Shown in pieces: positions 1 through 9,911 of a stretch of DNA of 60,777 nucleotides. The position numbers and the translations under genes are program-made. Source of the stretch: Campylobacter sp. (GTDB taxonomy: Bacteria > Campylobacterota > Campylobacteria > Campylobacterales > Campylobacteraceae); the NCBI GenBank assembly GCA_030532465.1, contig JAUNLC010000006.1, positions 1 through 60,777 on the forward strand. The letters run 5' to 3'. A model generated the notes under the pieces. It saw nothing but the letters and a program-made list of their open reading frames with translations. It was not told where the DNA came from and did no database searches. Every line of letters begins with the position of its first letter. The stretch's first letter is position 1.

Positions 1-2
1 CG

Positions 3-74
3 GGCGGCATCCCTCACGGACTTAAGATCAAAGAGCGATATAAGATGCTTTTGATAGTAACTAAAGACAAGTAA
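3..74 (+). CDS. 3' end of a probable cupin-domain protein (truncated by window start)
   Basis: Open frame GGIPHGLKIKERYKMLLIVTKDK* resembles cupin motif 2 (PxGxxH followed by a hydrophobic strand); followed by a hairpin. Confidence 0.55.
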   Translation, partial: GGIPHGLKIKERYKMLLIVTKDK

Positions 75-82
75 ATTTACAT

Positions 83-108
83 GCCTTGCTCTTTTCGTGG
101 GGCGAGGC
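83..108 (+). terminator. possible terminator hairpin
   Basis: gccttgctc...gggcgaggc imperfect stem just after the stop codon. Confidence 0.35.
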
Positions 109-192
109 GAGAGTCAATTTAAAGGTCAAATTTTGTCTTAAAGCTTTTATGTTAAACTACGAATGTTATTTTAAACAAATTTAAGGATAGAT

Positions 193-918
193 TTGATCAT
201 CTTCAAGCAGGTAAATAAGCTATATGACGACAATTTTGTCATTAAAGACTTGACATTAAGTATCAATAAAAGCGAATTTTTCGTGCTTGTCGGCTCAAGC
301 GGTAGCGGCAAGACAACTATACTAAAGATGATAAATCGCCTTGTAGAGCCGACGGCGGGAAGCATTAGGCTGGACGGCTTAGATATCGCAAGCTACGATC
401 TGCGCGAGCTTCGACTAAATATCGGCTACGTCTTGCAGCAGATCGCACTCTTTCCAAATTTAACCGTTTGCGAAAACATAACCCTCATCGCCGAGATGAA
501 AAAGTGGAGTAAAAAGCAGCGACTATCCCATGCCAAAGAGCTTCTTGATAGGGTAGGGCTTGCTCCTGATAGATATCTACACAGATATCCTGCCGAGCTT
601 TCAGGCGGCGAACAACAGCGCGTCGGTATCCTTAGAGCCATCATCACTAGACCTAAAATTTTGCTTATGGATGAGCCTTTTAGCGCGCTTGATCCGATCT
701 CAAGAGGCGAACTTCAAGAGCTTATCAAAGAGCTTCATAGAGATTTTGGTATGACGATAGTATTCGTAACCCACGATATGAACGAGGCTCAAAACGTAGG
801 CGAGAGAATTTGTGTGATGAGCGGTGGAGAGGTCTTGCAGATAGGAACGCCGCAAGAGATCAAAGATGCTCCGACAAGCGAATTTGTAGCTAAATTCTTT
901 CAAACGGCAAGTTTATGA
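193..918 (+). CDS. proV: osmoprotectant (glycine betaine/choline/proline) ABC transporter ATP-binding subunit, OpuCA/ProV-like
   Basis: Walker A GSSGSGKT, signature LSGGEQQR, Walker [12 protein letters not shown]; [12 protein letters not shown] is typical of the Opu family. Confidence 0.9.
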   Translation: MIIFKQVNKLYDDNFVIKDLTLSINKSEFFVLVGSSGSGKTTILKMINRLVEPTAGSIRLDGLDIASYDLRELRLNIGYVLQQIALFPNLTVCENITLIAEMKKWSKKQRLSHAKELLDRVGLAPDRYLHRYPAELSGGEQQRVGILRAIITRPKILLMDEPFSALDPISRGELQELIKELHRDFGMTIVFVTHDMNEAQNVGERICVMSGGEVLQIGTPQEIKDAPTSEFVAKFFQTASL

Positions 919-2435
919 ATGAGCTTTTAACTACTCTTAACGAACGTCAAAACGAGCTTTTGCGAGCGACTCTTGAGCACCTTCAAATTTCGCTAGCTTC
1001 GCTTCTTTTGGCTATCATTATAGCCGTTACTCTGGCTATAATGATCTCAAATCACAAAAAAGCAAGCGAACTCATCTTACAGATTGCCGGAGTGTTTCAA
1101 ACCATCCCGTCTCTTGCTCTTTTAGGGCTTTTTATACCGATTTTTGGTATCGGAGCGACTCCTGCGATCATTGCGCTTGTGATATATGCGCTCTTTCCTA
1201 TCATGCAAAATACCCTGACCGGACTTCGCAGTATAGATCCTGCTCTTATGGAAGCTGCCCAAGCTTTTGGTATGAATAAATTTGAGAGGCTTAGGAAATT
1301 TGAGCTGGCGCTTGCCATGCCCGTTATCATATCGGGTATCAGAACGGCTGCGGTTATGATCATCGGCACCGCTACTTTAGCGGCGCTTATAGGAGCGGGC
1401 GGGCTTGGGACGTTTGTGTTGCTTGGAATCGATCGTAATAACACATCTTTGATCGTCATCGGAGCTTTTTCTTCGGCTCTTCTTGCTATGATCTTTAACT
1501 TCGGGATTAAATTTTTAGAGAGGCAAAACATAAAGCTTGTGATAACCGCTCTTGTAAGCTTGATAATCGCTTTGGCTCTGTCTTTTGCACCAAATATGAG
1601 CGGCTTTAAAGAGCGCATAATAATAGCGGGAAAGCTTGGCGTAGAGCCCGAAATTTTAATAAATTTGTATAAAGAGCTAATCGAAGATGAGACCGATTTA
1701 AGAGTCGAGCTAAAGCCGAATTTTGGCAAAACAAGCTTTTTGTATGAGGCGCTTAAATCAGGCGAGATAGACGTCTATCCTGAATTTACCGGCACGGTTG
1801 TCTCAACTTTTCTTAAAAACCCTCCGATAAATTTATCAAACGATGCAAGGGCGGTTTATGAAGCGGCGAGAGATGGGCTTTTTAGTCAAGATAGGCTTGT
1901 TTTGCTTGAGCCGATGGGGTTTGAAAATACATACGCAATTGCAGTTTTAAAAGAATTTGCCAAAAAACATGAACTAAAAACTATATCCGACCTAAACCGC
2001 ATGCAAAGTAGTATCACGGCTGGATTTACTCTTGAATTTAACGATAGAAAAGATGGAAATTTAGGTCTTAAGTCGCTTTACGGGCTAAATTTAAAAGTTA
2101 AAACTATCGAGCCTGCTTTAAGATACAAGGCCATCTCAAGCGGCGAAGTTGAGGTTATAGACGCTTATTCAACCGATAGCGAGATAAGAGAGTTTGATCT
2201 GATAGCGCTTGAGGATGATAAAAGGCTTTTTCCGCCTTACGAGGGAGCCGCTTTGATCAAAGAAAAGACGCTAAAGAAACATCCGCAGTTAAAAATTACA
2301 CTTGAAAAACTATCGGGAAAAATCAGCACTCAAGAGATGAGAGATATGAACTATGCCGTGCGTGCTTTGAAGCGAAAACCAAGCGAAGTTGCGCGCGAAT
2401 ATCTAATAAAAAAAGGGCTTAAAAAGCAAATTTAA
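915..2435 (+). CDS. proWX: osmoprotectant ABC transporter, fused permease/substrate-binding protein (ProWX/OpuBB-BC type)
   Basis: N-terminal TM helices with QTIPSLALL and EAAxxxGM motifs; C-terminal OpuAC-like domain ([26 protein letters not shown]); ATGA overlap with the ATPase gene. Confidence 0.9.
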   Translation: MNELLTTLNERQNELLRATLEHLQISLASLLLAIIIAVTLAIMISNHKKASELILQIAGVFQTIPSLALLGLFIPIFGIGATPAIIALVIYALFPIMQNTLTGLRSIDPALMEAAQAFGMNKFERLRKFELALAMPVIISGIRTAAVMIIGTATLAALIGAGGLGTFVLLGIDRNNTSLIVIGAFSSALLAMIFNFGIKFLERQNIKLVITALVSLIIALALSFAPNMSGFKERIIIAGKLGVEPEILINLYKELIEDETDLRVELKPNFGKTSFLYEALKSGEIDVYPEFTGTVVSTFLKNPPINLSNDARAVYEAARDGLFSQDRLVLLEPMGFENTYAIAVLKEFAKKHELKTISDLNRMQSSITAGFTLEFNDRKDGNLGLKSLYGLNLKVKTIEPALRYKAISSGEVEVIDAYSTDSEIREFDLIALEDDKRLFPPYEGAALIKEKTLKKHPQLKITLEKLSGKISTQEMRDMNYAVRALKRKPSEVAREYLIKKGLKKQI

Positions 2436-2478
2436 TCAAACAGGTATTTTTGAAATCATAAAGTTAGTATAAAAATCA

Positions 2479-2487
2479 TGGTATAAT
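2479..2487 (+). promoter_or_regulatory. extended -10 promoter (TGnTATAAT) for the ATPase-PIN-hemD unit
   Basis: TGGTATAAT about 30 nt upstream of ATG 2518. Confidence 0.55.
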
Positions 2488-2517
2488 ATCCGCATACCAA
2501 ATAATATAAGGCAGTCT

Positions 2518-3612
2518 ATGAAAAATCCTTTTCCGTTTGAGACCTTGGCCGACGGTTCGACATTTTACGGCAGAGAAGATGAGCTTGCCAAAATTTACAA
2601 ATTTACAAAAGACTCTTTGAATTTGCTTGTCTATTCTAAACGACGCATGGGCAAAACTACGCTTATTAAAGAATTTATGCGCCGCCATAGAGATGAATTT
2701 GTCTGCATATATAGCGATATTTTCGATATGACTTGTGGCGAAGATTTTGTAAAAGAGCTGCTTAAAAACAGCGCTAAATCCCAAGAGATGAGCTTTCAAA
2801 GCACTTTTAAATTTATACTTGCCAAACTTAAAAGAGTGAGTTTCGAGATCAAGCTTGATCCTCTTACTTACGAGCTTTCAGCCTCTCCGATGATGAAAAA
2901 TGCAAGCTTTGATGAGGCGATGGATGATCTTTTTTATATGCTTGATGAAATTTCAAAGGATAAAAAGGTAGTTTTTATCATCGATGAATTTCAGCAAATT
3001 GCCGAATTTGAGGATCTTAAGATAGATGCGAAGCTTCGTAAATTTATGCAAACAAGTAAAAATATCTCATTTGTTTTTCTTGGTTCAAAGCGCCATCTTT
3101 TAACCTCTCTTTTTAGCCACAACATGCCTCTTTTTGAGATGGCTACGCACTTTGAGCTTGGCGCAATAAAGCCAAACGACGCTTATAAATACGCCAAAAA
3201 TTTCTTAAAAACTACCCAAGCCCAGATGAAAGAGCTTTTTGAAATTTGTAAATTTGATACGAAACTGATTCAAAATGTATTGTATTTTATCTACGAAAAT
3301 GAAAAATCGCTTGAGAAAAAGGCTATTTTAAGTGCGCTTGATATGGTTTTGCAAAGCAAAGACGGCGCATATAGGCTTGTTTTTGATACATTTAGCAGCA
3401 ATCAAAAAAAAGCGCTTGAAATCGTAGCTAAAGAGCAAAAAGAGTATTTTTCTCTACCCGTTTTATCTCGCTTTAATATCAGCAAAACATCCCTTCAAGC
3501 GGCACTTAAGCAGCTTTTTGTTAAAGAGATAATCGACAAACAAGATGGAGAATTTTTTATCCCCGATACGACATTTGGCTTTTGGCTTGAGAGGGTCTTT
3601 AAGACCAGATAA
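2518..3612 (+). CDS. archaeal-type (ATPase_2, STAND-like) AAA+ ATPase with C-terminal winged helix
   Basis: NPF...FYGREDE start, Walker A SKRRMGKT, Walker B VFIIDEFQ, sensor FLGS, C-terminal wHTH-like segment ending D..FGFWL. Confidence 0.85.
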   Translation: MKNPFPFETLADGSTFYGREDELAKIYKFTKDSLNLLVYSKRRMGKTTLIKEFMRRHRDEFVCIYSDIFDMTCGEDFVKELLKNSAKSQEMSFQSTFKFILAKLKRVSFEIKLDPLTYELSASPMMKNASFDEAMDDLFYMLDEISKDKKVVFIIDEFQQIAEFEDLKIDAKLRKFMQTSKNISFVFLGSKRHLLTSLFSHNMPLFEMATHFELGAIKPNDAYKYAKNFLKTTQAQMKELFEICKFDTKLIQNVLYFIYENEKSLEKKAILSALDMVLQSKDGAYRLVFDTFSSNQKKALEIVAKEQKEYFSLPVLSRFNISKTSLQAALKQLFVKEIIDKQDGEFFIPDTTFGFWLERVFKTR

Positions 3613-3633
3613 ACTCTAAATTTGGAGAGAAAT

Positions 3634-4452
3634 TTGAAAAGATTTATAATAGATGATGAAAACATAGGCGTTGATAATATTTTTAAGATAATAGACCCAA
3701 AGAAAAAAGATAGGGTTTACATAGTTACAAATGCGAGAAAAAAGATATCCATGCAGACTTTAAAGCTTTTAAACTCTAAAAAAGTAAAGTTTAAAATTTT
3801 TATGATAAGCGATGCGGATAGAGATTTTGCCGATAAGATAATAGTCTTTTTAATGGGAAAATTTTTTGATAAGAAGGGTAAAATTTGCGTAGTTAGCAAT
3901 GATAAATTTTACGATAGCGTGATGGGATTTTTTAACGCTTTAAGAGCCGAAAAAAAGGAGAAATTTAAAAAAATAACTCTGCAAAAAGAGGGGATTTTAA
4001 AGATAGATGAGAGTAAAAACAAAGAGATTGAAAGTATTTTGCTAAAATCTTCAAATCTTCAAGAGCTTCATATCATGCTAAAAAACGTTTACGGCGAGGA
4101 TGAGGGGCTGGTTATATATAAAACTTTTAAGCAAAAAGCAAGACAAATTTATACCTCCAAAATGCTAGCTTCACCTAAAACAAAAGCTTTGATCAAAGAG
4201 CCTAAAAACAGCTCAAATTTGAGTGATAAAACCAAACAAGATAAATTAAGCCTAATAAAAAATGCCGACGCAAATAATCTTTTATCTAAAAATTCTCAAG
4301 AGATTAAGAATATAGCAAGAGAGAGTAAAAACACTTCGGAGTTTCATAACGCGCTTATCAAAAAATACGGCAGCGGCGATGGAGTTACGATATATACCAT
4401 TTTAAAAGATAGAGCAAAGGCTTATTTTCAAAAGAGAGGAAATCCAAGATGA
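3634..4452 (+). CDS. PIN-fold (PIN7/NYN-like) ribonuclease domain protein with a duplicated C-terminal helical module
   Basis: FIIDDENI, DFADKIIVFLMG and VVSNDKFYD motifs. Start placed at TTG 3634, 6 nt after GGAG (ORF track starts at 3622). Confidence 0.75.
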   Translation: MKRFIIDDENIGVDNIFKIIDPKKKDRVYIVTNARKKISMQTLKLLNSKKVKFKIFMISDADRDFADKIIVFLMGKFFDKKGKICVVSNDKFYDSVMGFFNALRAEKKEKFKKITLQKEGILKIDESKNKEIESILLKSSNLQELHIMLKNVYGEDEGLVIYKTFKQKARQIYTSKMLASPKTKALIKEPKNSSNLSDKTKQDKLSLIKNADANNLLSKNSQEIKNIARESKNTSEFHNALIKKYGSGDGVTIYTILKDRAKAYFQKRGNPR

Positions 4453-5084
4453 TCTATCTAGTCGGCTCCAATTCCTTCTATAAAGGCGTTAAAACACTTA
4501 AGCTAAACGAAATTTCGTTTTTTAAATTCGATGTTGATTTGAGTAAATTTGAAGCGCTTGTTATAACTTCTAAAAACTCCATAAAAGCGTTAGAATTTAA
4601 TCAAACTAAAATTGATGAAAATTTACAAATTTACGCTATCGGCGAAGCTAGCGCAAAGGCTGCGAAGCAAATAGGATTTAAGAAAATTTATATCGGAGAA
4701 AACTCTCACGGCAAAGAATTTGCGAGCGAAATTTTGCCGCTTCTTAAAGATAAAAAGACGCTTTATCTAAGAGCTAAAAAGACGGTTTCAAATTTAGGCG
4801 GAATTTTAGAAGAAGCAAGCGTTGATATAACCCAGATAGTAGCCTATGAAAACGTATGTTTAAAGGTGGAAGCAGAGCTAAAACCGCAGCCAAAAAGCGT
4901 GATTATATTTACGGCCCCTTCGGCGGTTAAGAATTTCATCTCAAATTTTGGCTGGGATGAGAGCTATAAAGCCGTTAGTATCGGTAAAACCACAAGTGAA
5001 GAGCTAGCTAAATTTACAACTGCGATCACAAGCGAAATTCAAAGCGTAGAGTCTTGCATAAGGCTTGCTAAAACATTACTTTAA
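4449..5084 (+). CDS. hemD: uroporphyrinogen-III synthase
   Basis: ITSKNS, AIGEASA, YLRAK, FTAPSAV and SIGKTT motifs. Confidence 0.9.
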   Translation: MIYLVGSNSFYKGVKTLKLNEISFFKFDVDLSKFEALVITSKNSIKALEFNQTKIDENLQIYAIGEASAKAAKQIGFKKIYIGENSHGKEFASEILPLLKDKKTLYLRAKKTVSNLGGILEEASVDITQIVAYENVCLKVEAELKPQPKSVIIFTAPSAVKNFISNFGWDESYKAVSIGKTTSEELAKFTTAITSEIQSVESCIRLAKTLL

Positions 5085-5096
5085 GCAAAATCACTA

Positions 5097-5102
5097 TATA
5101 AT
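5097..5102 (+). promoter_or_regulatory. -10 box of the 6S RNA/purD transcript
   Basis: TATAAT 6-7 nt before the 5' end of the RNA stem. Confidence 0.6.
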
Positions 5103-5108
5103 TTAATT

Positions 5109-5298
5109 GCCTGAGTGATTTGGCAGCGTACTTTTTTGGGTCCAACACATTAGTATGGGCGAAGATGTGCGGTATCTGTGTGATGTGGCTTTGCCTGAAC
5201 GCCTAAAAGCGCGAGAAGTTGCAACCTAAGGGATGTCGCCTATTTGCAAGGTTGGCTTTAATTTAGGGCCGCTTACTTACGCACCGCTCACTCGGGTG
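5109..5298 (+). ncRNA. ssrS: 6S RNA (epsilonproteobacterial 'purD motif')
   Basis: About 190-nt GC-richer non-coding stretch whose ends pair (cctgagtga 5110-5118 with tcactcggg 5288-5296); directly upstream of purD, where 6S RNA lies in Campylobacter/Helicobacter. Confidence 0.85.
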
Positions 5299-5319
5299 TT
5301 TTAAATTTACGGAGACGGC

Positions 5320-6573
5320 ATGGATATACTAATAGTCGGTAACGGCGGTCGAGAATACGCCATAGGTTTAAAGCTTAAGAGCGAGAAAAACGTCGGTAAA
5401 ATCTACTTTGCTCCCGGAAACGGAGCCACTTCAAAGCTTGGCGAAAATATCAAATATAAAAATTATGAAGAGCTTGCAAAATTTGCTAAAGATAACTGTA
5501 TAAATTTAACTATCGTGGGTCCTGAAGCGCCGCTTAGCGAAGGCATAGTCGATATCTTTAAAGCTCAAAATTTAACCATATTTGGACCAAGCAAAAGTGC
5601 TGCCAGACTTGAAGGCTCAAAGGCTTACATGAAAGATTTTCTTGCAAGACATGCCATCAAAACCGCTAAATACCTAAATACCGATGATATAAACAAAGCG
5701 AGTGAATTTATAAACTCTTTAAAAACCCCTATCGTAGTTAAGGCTGACGGACTATGTGCCGGCAAAGGGGTAATAATCGCAAAAACTCACAAGGAAGCCT
5801 TTGATGCGGCTAGCGATATGTTAAGCGGGGAGAGCTTTGGGCAAGCGGGTAAAAGAGTGGTTATCGAGGAGTTTTTGGACGGATTTGAGTTAAGTTATTT
5901 TGCGCTTTGCGACGGGGAAAATTTCGTAAGTTTGCCTGTGGCGCAAGATCACAAAAGACTGCTTGATAACGACGAGGGCCCAAATACGGGCGGAATGGGA
6001 GCTTACGCGCCAAGTCCGCTAGCTACGAAAGCTCTTATAAAACAGGTTGAAGAAGAGGTCGTAAAGCCTACTTTAAAAGGTATGAAGGCTGAGGGCGCTC
6101 CTTTTTGCGGAGTGCTTTTTGTAGGGCTTATGATAGTTAATGATGAGCCTTGCGTGCTTGAGTTTAACGTGAGGTTTGGCGATCCTGAGTGTGAGGTTTT
6201 GATGCCTTTGATAGAGTCTGATCTGAGTGAAATTTTATATAAAGCGGCGAGCGGCAAGCTAAATGAAATCGACGTGAAAATAAAAGATGAATTTGCCGTT
6301 GGAGTCGTAGTTGCTAGCCAAAATTATCCTTATAAAAGCAGCCCAAAAGTTAAGATAAGCGTAGCAAACGTGCCTGAAAGCTCGCATATAGCTTATGCAG
6401 GTGTTAGCGAAGAGGGGGGTGAAATTTACGCCGACGGCGGCAGAGTTCTGGTATGCGTAGCAAGCGCAAAAAGCGTAAAAGAGGCGAGGGATAGAGCCTA
6501 CAAGCTTTGTGAAAATGTGAAATTTGACGGTATGCAATACCGCAAAGATATCGCTTGGCAGGCTCTTAGATGA
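5320..6573 (+). CDS. purD: phosphoribosylamine--glycine ligase
   Basis: [37 protein letters not shown] and [10 protein letters not shown] motifs. Confidence 0.98.
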   Translation: MDILIVGNGGREYAIGLKLKSEKNVGKIYFAPGNGATSKLGENIKYKNYEELAKFAKDNCINLTIVGPEAPLSEGIVDIFKAQNLTIFGPSKSAARLEGSKAYMKDFLARHAIKTAKYLNTDDINKASEFINSLKTPIVVKADGLCAGKGVIIAKTHKEAFDAASDMLSGESFGQAGKRVVIEEFLDGFELSYFALCDGENFVSLPVAQDHKRLLDNDEGPNTGGMGAYAPSPLATKALIKQVEEEVVKPTLKGMKAEGAPFCGVLFVGLMIVNDEPCVLEFNVRFGDPECEVLMPLIESDLSEILYKAASGKLNEIDVKIKDEFAVGVVVASQNYPYKSSPKVKISVANVPESSHIAYAGVSEEGGEIYADGGRVLVCVASAKSVKEARDRAYKLCENVKFDGMQYRKDIAWQALR

Positions 6574-7022
6574 GTCAAAATATACTAGATAGGCTTGATC
6601 GTGAGGGCATAAGGCTAGCCTCGTTAAGAAAGCGCGCGTTTGCCTATATGATCGACGAGATTCTTATATCTACGCTGCTGATGATAATATATTGGGATAA
6701 ATTTGCAGCCGCAAATACCTATGAGGAGATTCAGTCGATACTTATCGCGTTGGTATATCAAATAATAATTCTTAAATTTGTATATCAGACCTTTTTTACT
6801 TGGTATTACGGGGCAAGTATAGGTAAAATTTTAATGAAGATAGTTTGTGTCAATGTCGAGCTTTTAGATAAGCCCAATTTAAGCTCCTCGTTTATCAGGA
6901 GTTTCGTTCGTATCATGAGCGAAAACCTGCTTTTTCTAGGTTTTGCGTGGGCTCTTGGAAATCAAACTTTTCAAACGTGGCATGATCTGGCCGCAAAAAC
7001 AGTAGTAATCGATGTTTATTAG
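6570..7022 (+). CDS. RDD family membrane protein
   Basis: [14 protein letters not shown]...GASIGK...[12 protein letters not shown]. Confidence 0.9.
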   Translation: MSQNILDRLDREGIRLASLRKRAFAYMIDEILISTLLMIIYWDKFAAANTYEEIQSILIALVYQIIILKFVYQTFFTWYYGASIGKILMKIVCVNVELLDKPNLSSSFIRSFVRIMSENLLFLGFAWALGNQTFQTWHDLAAKTVVIDVY

Positions 7023-9201
7023 AATATTTTTTATACTTATCTTCTCTTTTTTAACTCTCTTTGCGGCTCAGGATTTCGAGCTTTTGGCAGATGACGTAAA
7101 ACGCGAAGGAAATATAGTAACCGCCGAAAATAACGTGCTTGTTTACTCTAGCGAATACCTAATCAGCGCCGATAAAGCGGTTTATAATCAAGAAAAGAGA
7201 ATTTTAGAGCTGTTTGGCAATGTAAACGTAATGCGCGGAGATGATGAAGTATCGCGTTGCGGCTATGCCAAAATCGATCTAAACAGCAAAGACAGCAGCT
7301 ACGAAGCGCTATTTATGATGAATAGAGATATGGAAGTTTGGATGCAAAGCGATGAGAGCGAGAGCAATGCCAAATATTACCAAACAAACGGATCTATCGT
7401 ATCGAGTTGTAATGTGCAAGATCCTGACTGGAGTATAAAATTTAGCAGCGGCAAGCTAAACAAGCAGAGTAAATTCTTACATCTTTATAATCCGGTCTTT
7501 TATCTAGGCAAAGCCCCAGTGTTTTATCTTCCTTATTTTGGATTTTCAACCGATACTAAGCGTCGAACGGGTCTTCTTCCGCCGGAGTTTGGATATAGCA
7601 GAAGCGGAGGATTTTTTTACAGGCAACCCATCTACATAGCCGAATACAACTCATGGGATATAGAGTTAAATCCGCAAATTCGCACCAATCGAGGAAGCGG
7701 AATTTACGCTACGTTTAGATTTGCCGACTCGGCTTATTCAAAGGGCTCAATTAGCATGGGCGAGTTTTGGGATAAGGACAGCTACCGCCAAAGAGAAATT
7801 TCTAAAAACTCAAACAGACTTCCGCTAAAAAACAAGACTCACAAAGGTATAGAGCTAAAATATGAGCGAGACAGATTAGTAAAACACCTTATAAGCGAAG
7901 ATTTGCAAGAGGGTCTGTGGATAGACGCCACTAAGCTAAACGATATAGATTATATAAATTTAAAAAGTAGAAAAAACCGAGATAGCGGTGAAAATTCGCT
8001 TGTGACATCTAAATTTAACTACTTTATAAGTAGCGATAAACACTATCTTGGAGCCTATGCGAGATACTATATAGATACCGCAAAGGTCGGCAGTAAAAAC
8101 GAAAATAAAGACACTTTGCAAGAGTATCCAAGCTTTCAGTATCACAAATATACAGACTCCATAATACTGCCAAATTTATTGTATTCGCTTGATCTTTATT
8201 CGCATAACTATACTAGAAAGATCGGCGTAGAGGCGGTGCAGTATGAGTTTAAGATGCCGGTTTCATTTCATGTACCGCTTGTTAGCGAGTATCTGAATTT
8301 TTCTTATTATCACGATCTTTACGCTACGCAGGTAAATTATTCAAACAAAATTTATAGACCGACCGGCGATGAAGATAAGAGTGCAAGTTATATGGAAAGC
8401 GCGCATAAATTTTCACTTCATACGGATCTTGCCAAAGCTTATGAGAGCTTTTATCATAGTGTGAATTTGGGTGCGGATTACACCTTAAGAGGATATCACG
8501 ACGGAAGTTTGCCCGATGTCCATGAAATGAGCGAAGATGATGAAAATGTCTATGTTTATGATATGCTCGGGCGTAAATATCAGAATTTTATAGGCTCGCA
8601 ACATACTAAAGATGAAATTTCAGGTAGATTGACGCAGTATTTTTTCAATGACGAGGGAAGAAAATATCTAAGACACACTATCTCGCAAGGATATTACACT
8701 AAAAAGAGCGAGTATTCGAACTTAAAAAATATAATCGGTTTTTATCCTTTAAAGAATTTATCGTTTTACAATAGACTTGAATACTCCCATAGGCATAAAT
8801 ACTTTGAAAAGATTCAATCGGGCATGAACTACTCAAATGAGTATTTTGGTACAAATTTATGGCATACCTTTGAGAGAAAAAGCGAGCAGGAGAAGCAAAA
8901 TTTCTTCTACGGTTCAGGTTTTATAAATTTGCCTCGTCAATATAAGCTAATCGGAGGTTTGCAGTACGATCTTGAAAAAAGCTATACCAGACAGTGGCGT
9001 TTAGGCGTGGCGCATAATAGAAAGTGTTGGAATTATTCGGTATTTTACGAGCAAGAGATCGAGCCTATCACAACCACCAGCGGTTCGGCATCTAAAAAGT
9101 CAAAGGGCGTTTATTTCATGATCAACTTTTATCCGATGGGCGGGATTCATTACGATTTATCGTTAGATAGTAAAGATGATAGTTCAAAAGGCGGAAAATA
9201 A
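7012..9201 (+). CDS. lptD: LPS-assembly protein LptD
   Basis: Signal peptide, beta-jellyroll N-domain, SSC..PDW, PVFYLPY...RRTGLL, beta-barrel with CW near the C-terminus. Confidence 0.92.
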   Translation: MFIRIFFILIFSFLTLFAAQDFELLADDVKREGNIVTAENNVLVYSSEYLISADKAVYNQEKRILELFGNVNVMRGDDEVSRCGYAKIDLNSKDSSYEALFMMNRDMEVWMQSDESESNAKYYQTNGSIVSSCNVQDPDWSIKFSSGKLNKQSKFLHLYNPVFYLGKAPVFYLPYFGFSTDTKRRTGLLPPEFGYSRSGGFFYRQPIYIAEYNSWDIELNPQIRTNRGSGIYATFRFADSAYSKGSISMGEFWDKDSYRQREISKNSNRLPLKNKTHKGIELKYERDRLVKHLISEDLQEGLWIDATKLNDIDYINLKSRKNRDSGENSLVTSKFNYFISSDKHYLGAYARYYIDTAKVGSKNENKDTLQEYPSFQYHKYTDSIILPNLLYSLDLYSHNYTRKIGVEAVQYEFKMPVSFHVPLVSEYLNFSYYHDLYATQVNYSNKIYRPTGDEDKSASYMESAHKFSLHTDLAKAYESFYHSVNLGADYTLRGYHDGSLPDVHEMSEDDENVYVYDMLGRKYQNFIGSQHTKDEISGRLTQYFFNDEGRKYLRHTISQGYYTKKSEYSNLKNIIGFYPLKNLSFYNRLEYSHRHKYFEKIQSGMNYSNEYFGTNLWHTFERKSEQEKQNFFYGSGFINLPRQYKLIGGLQYDLEKSYTRQWRLGVAHNRKCWNYSVFYEQEIEPITTTSGSASKKSKGVYFMINFYPMGGIHYDLSLDSKDDSSKGGK

Positions 9202-9911
9202 TGGCCGAACTAGCCGATCTTATGTTTGAAAATCAGCTTGATGCGGCGGCCAAGCTGCTTGAAATTTTACCTAAAAAAGATCTTGTCGCTAACGAATATC
9301 TAATCATCTGCTCGTCTATCGATGCGGTTATCTTAACCGATATCGTATCAAGGGGCTTAAATTTAAGCTATGAGATGCTCTTTACCGAAAGGATATTTGC
9401 TCCAAATAATCCCGAGTGCGAGATCGCGATGGTAAGTGAAAGCGATGAAATTTTAGTTCACGATGAGCTGGTTAAATCTTTTGGGATAAGCTATGACTTT
9501 ATCTTCGGCGAGGCTCAAAGAAAATATGAGGAAAAAATTTTAAAAAACGTATACAGATACAGAAAGGGAAATTTGATAGGAAATTTAAAGGATAGGAACA
9601 TTTTGCTCATTGACGAGGGGTGCGAGACCGGCATGACTGCAATGATCTGTCTTAAAACTCTTATGAAAGAGAGAGTAAGATCGGTTAGTTACGCTACCCC
9701 GCTTATAGCAACCAATGTCGCAAATACGCTTTTGCCTCTTGTGGATGAAATTTACGCCGTTCATAAGATAGCTAATTTTATCGATGTAGATTTTTATTAC
9801 GAGAACAAGATCGAGCCAAAGCCTTCAGTTATACTCTCTATCTTAGAGGAGAGTCCATTTTATATACCACTACAAAAACAAGGAGATACTAAAGCATGCA
9901 ATATTCAATAG
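9201..9911 (+). CDS. phosphoribosyltransferase-like protein
   Basis: PRPP-binding-like loop [14 protein letters not shown]; [10 protein letters not shown]. Confidence 0.8.
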   Translation: MAELADLMFENQLDAAAKLLEILPKKDLVANEYLIICSSIDAVILTDIVSRGLNLSYEMLFTERIFAPNNPECEIAMVSESDEILVHDELVKSFGISYDFIFGEAQRKYEEKILKNVYRYRKGNLIGNLKDRNILLIDEGCETGMTAMICLKTLMKERVRSVSYATPLIATNVANTLLPLVDEIYAVHKIANFIDVDFYYENKIEPKPSVILSILEESPFYIPLQKQGDTKACNIQ

